Source of the DNA: Trueperaceae bacterium
GTDB lineage: Bacteria; Deinococcota; Deinococci; Deinococcales; Trueperaceae
Assembly: GCA_965213925.1 (NCBI GenBank)
Contig: OZ243927.1
Span: 2,272,001-2,336,000 of the forward strand
Reading direction: 5' to 3'
Length of the DNA: 64,000 nucleotides
Part shown: positions 63,275 through 64,000 of the stretch, in pieces
How positions within the stretch are numbered: the first letter of the stretch is position 1
How the letters are laid out: each line of letters opens with the position of its first letter
Program-made: the position numbers and the translations under genes
The notes under the pieces: generated by a model
What the model was told of the DNA's origin: nothing
What the model saw: only the letters and a program-made list of their open reading frames with translations
The model's database searches: none

Positions 63275-64000
63275 GGCGCATCCTAATCGTCGGCGCGACC
63301 TCCGCGATTGCGCAAGAGGTCTCTAAGCGCTTCGCGTCGGCAGGAGACAGCCTCTTCTTAGTCGCGCGTGATGGGCGCAAATTGGACTCCGTCGCCCAGG
63401 ATTTGCGCGTGCGCGGTGCGAGGAAGGTCGCGTGCGCTGCACTGGACGTGAACGACTTCGAGAAACACGAACCTCTTATTCAGGAGGCGAACGAGGCGCT
63501 GGACGGTCTGGACGGCGTCCTCATCGCGCACGGCACGCTCCCCGACCAGAAGGCGTGCGAGGCGGACTACAAAGTAGCCGAGCGAGAACTCAACACCAAC
63601 TTCCTCAGCGTCGTCTCGCTCCTGACGCCTATCGCCAACCGGTTCGAAGCGCAGCGCGGCGGCTTTATCGCGGTGATTTCGTCCGTGGCGGGCGACAGAG
63701 GGCGGCAGAGTAACTATCTTTACGGAACGGCGAAGGGCGCGACCAGCCTCTTTTTACAAGGGCTCCGCAACCGCCTCCATCCGGCGGGCGTCTCGGTTAT
63801 CACCATTAAACCGGGCTTCGTGGATACGCCGATGACCAAAGATATCGGCAAAAACGCCCTCTTCGCGCAGCCGGAGCAGGTAGCCGCGGGGATCGTCAAA
63901 GCGGTGGAGCAAAAACGAGAGGTCGTCTACTTGCCCTCTTTCTGGCGGATGGTCATGCTGCTCATTCGCGCCGTGCCCGAGCCGCTCTTCAAGCGGCTCA
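63271..64000 (+). CDS. SDR oxidoreductase, DprE2-like (runs off the window end)
   Basis: MRRILIVGATSAIA, SSVAGDRGRQSNYLYGTAK, KPGFVDTPMT; missing from the ORF track because there is no stop in the window. Confidence 0.9.
   Translation, partial: MRRILIVGATSAIAQEVSKRFASAGDSLFLVARDGRKLDSVAQDLRVRGARKVACAALDVNDFEKHEPLIQEANEALDGLDGVLIAHGTLPDQKACEADYKVAERELNTNFLSVVSLLTPIANRFEAQRGGFIAVISSVAGDRGRQSNYLYGTAKGATSLFLQGLRNRLHPAGVSVITIKPGFVDTPMTKDIGKNALFAQPEQVAAGIVKAVEQKREVVYLPSFWRMVMLLIRAVPEPLFKRL

Overview
Chromosomal window of a GC-rich bacterium, most likely Deinococcota (Trueperaceae-like). This is inferred from the short IF2, the RpoD and RF2 style, many apparently leaderless genes with a TAnnnT box just upstream of the start codon, and Deinococcus-type TACGGATTCCG repeats. 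Housekeeping content: rpoD, sat-cysC, cdaA-cdaR-def-fmt-der, frameshifting prfB, leuC/leuD/leuB, gluQ, rocF, asd, proB, malic enzyme, rimP-nusA-ylxR-infB and a UbiA-DprE1-DprE2-like cluster. Accessory content: two paralogous S8 lipoproteases, a DUF692 enzyme, ankyrin and immunity-like genes, antitoxin relics and a broken IS982. The most interesting signals are non-coding: (1) a 111-bp TA-duplicating MITE family, two copies of which demonstrably split genes; (2) a candidate c-di-GMP module (VpsT/CsgD-like LuxR regulator, variant GEMM-I-like riboswitch, Ca-binding repeat lipoprotein); (3) a leucine attenuator with an apparently leaderless, CUA-rich leader peptide; (4) a ~90-nt candidate sRNA with an exposed anti-Shine-Dalgarno tract; (5) a candidate four-way-junction RNA with a kissing loop; (6) several further palindromic repeat families. 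All family assignments come from motif recognition by eye; no database searches were run.
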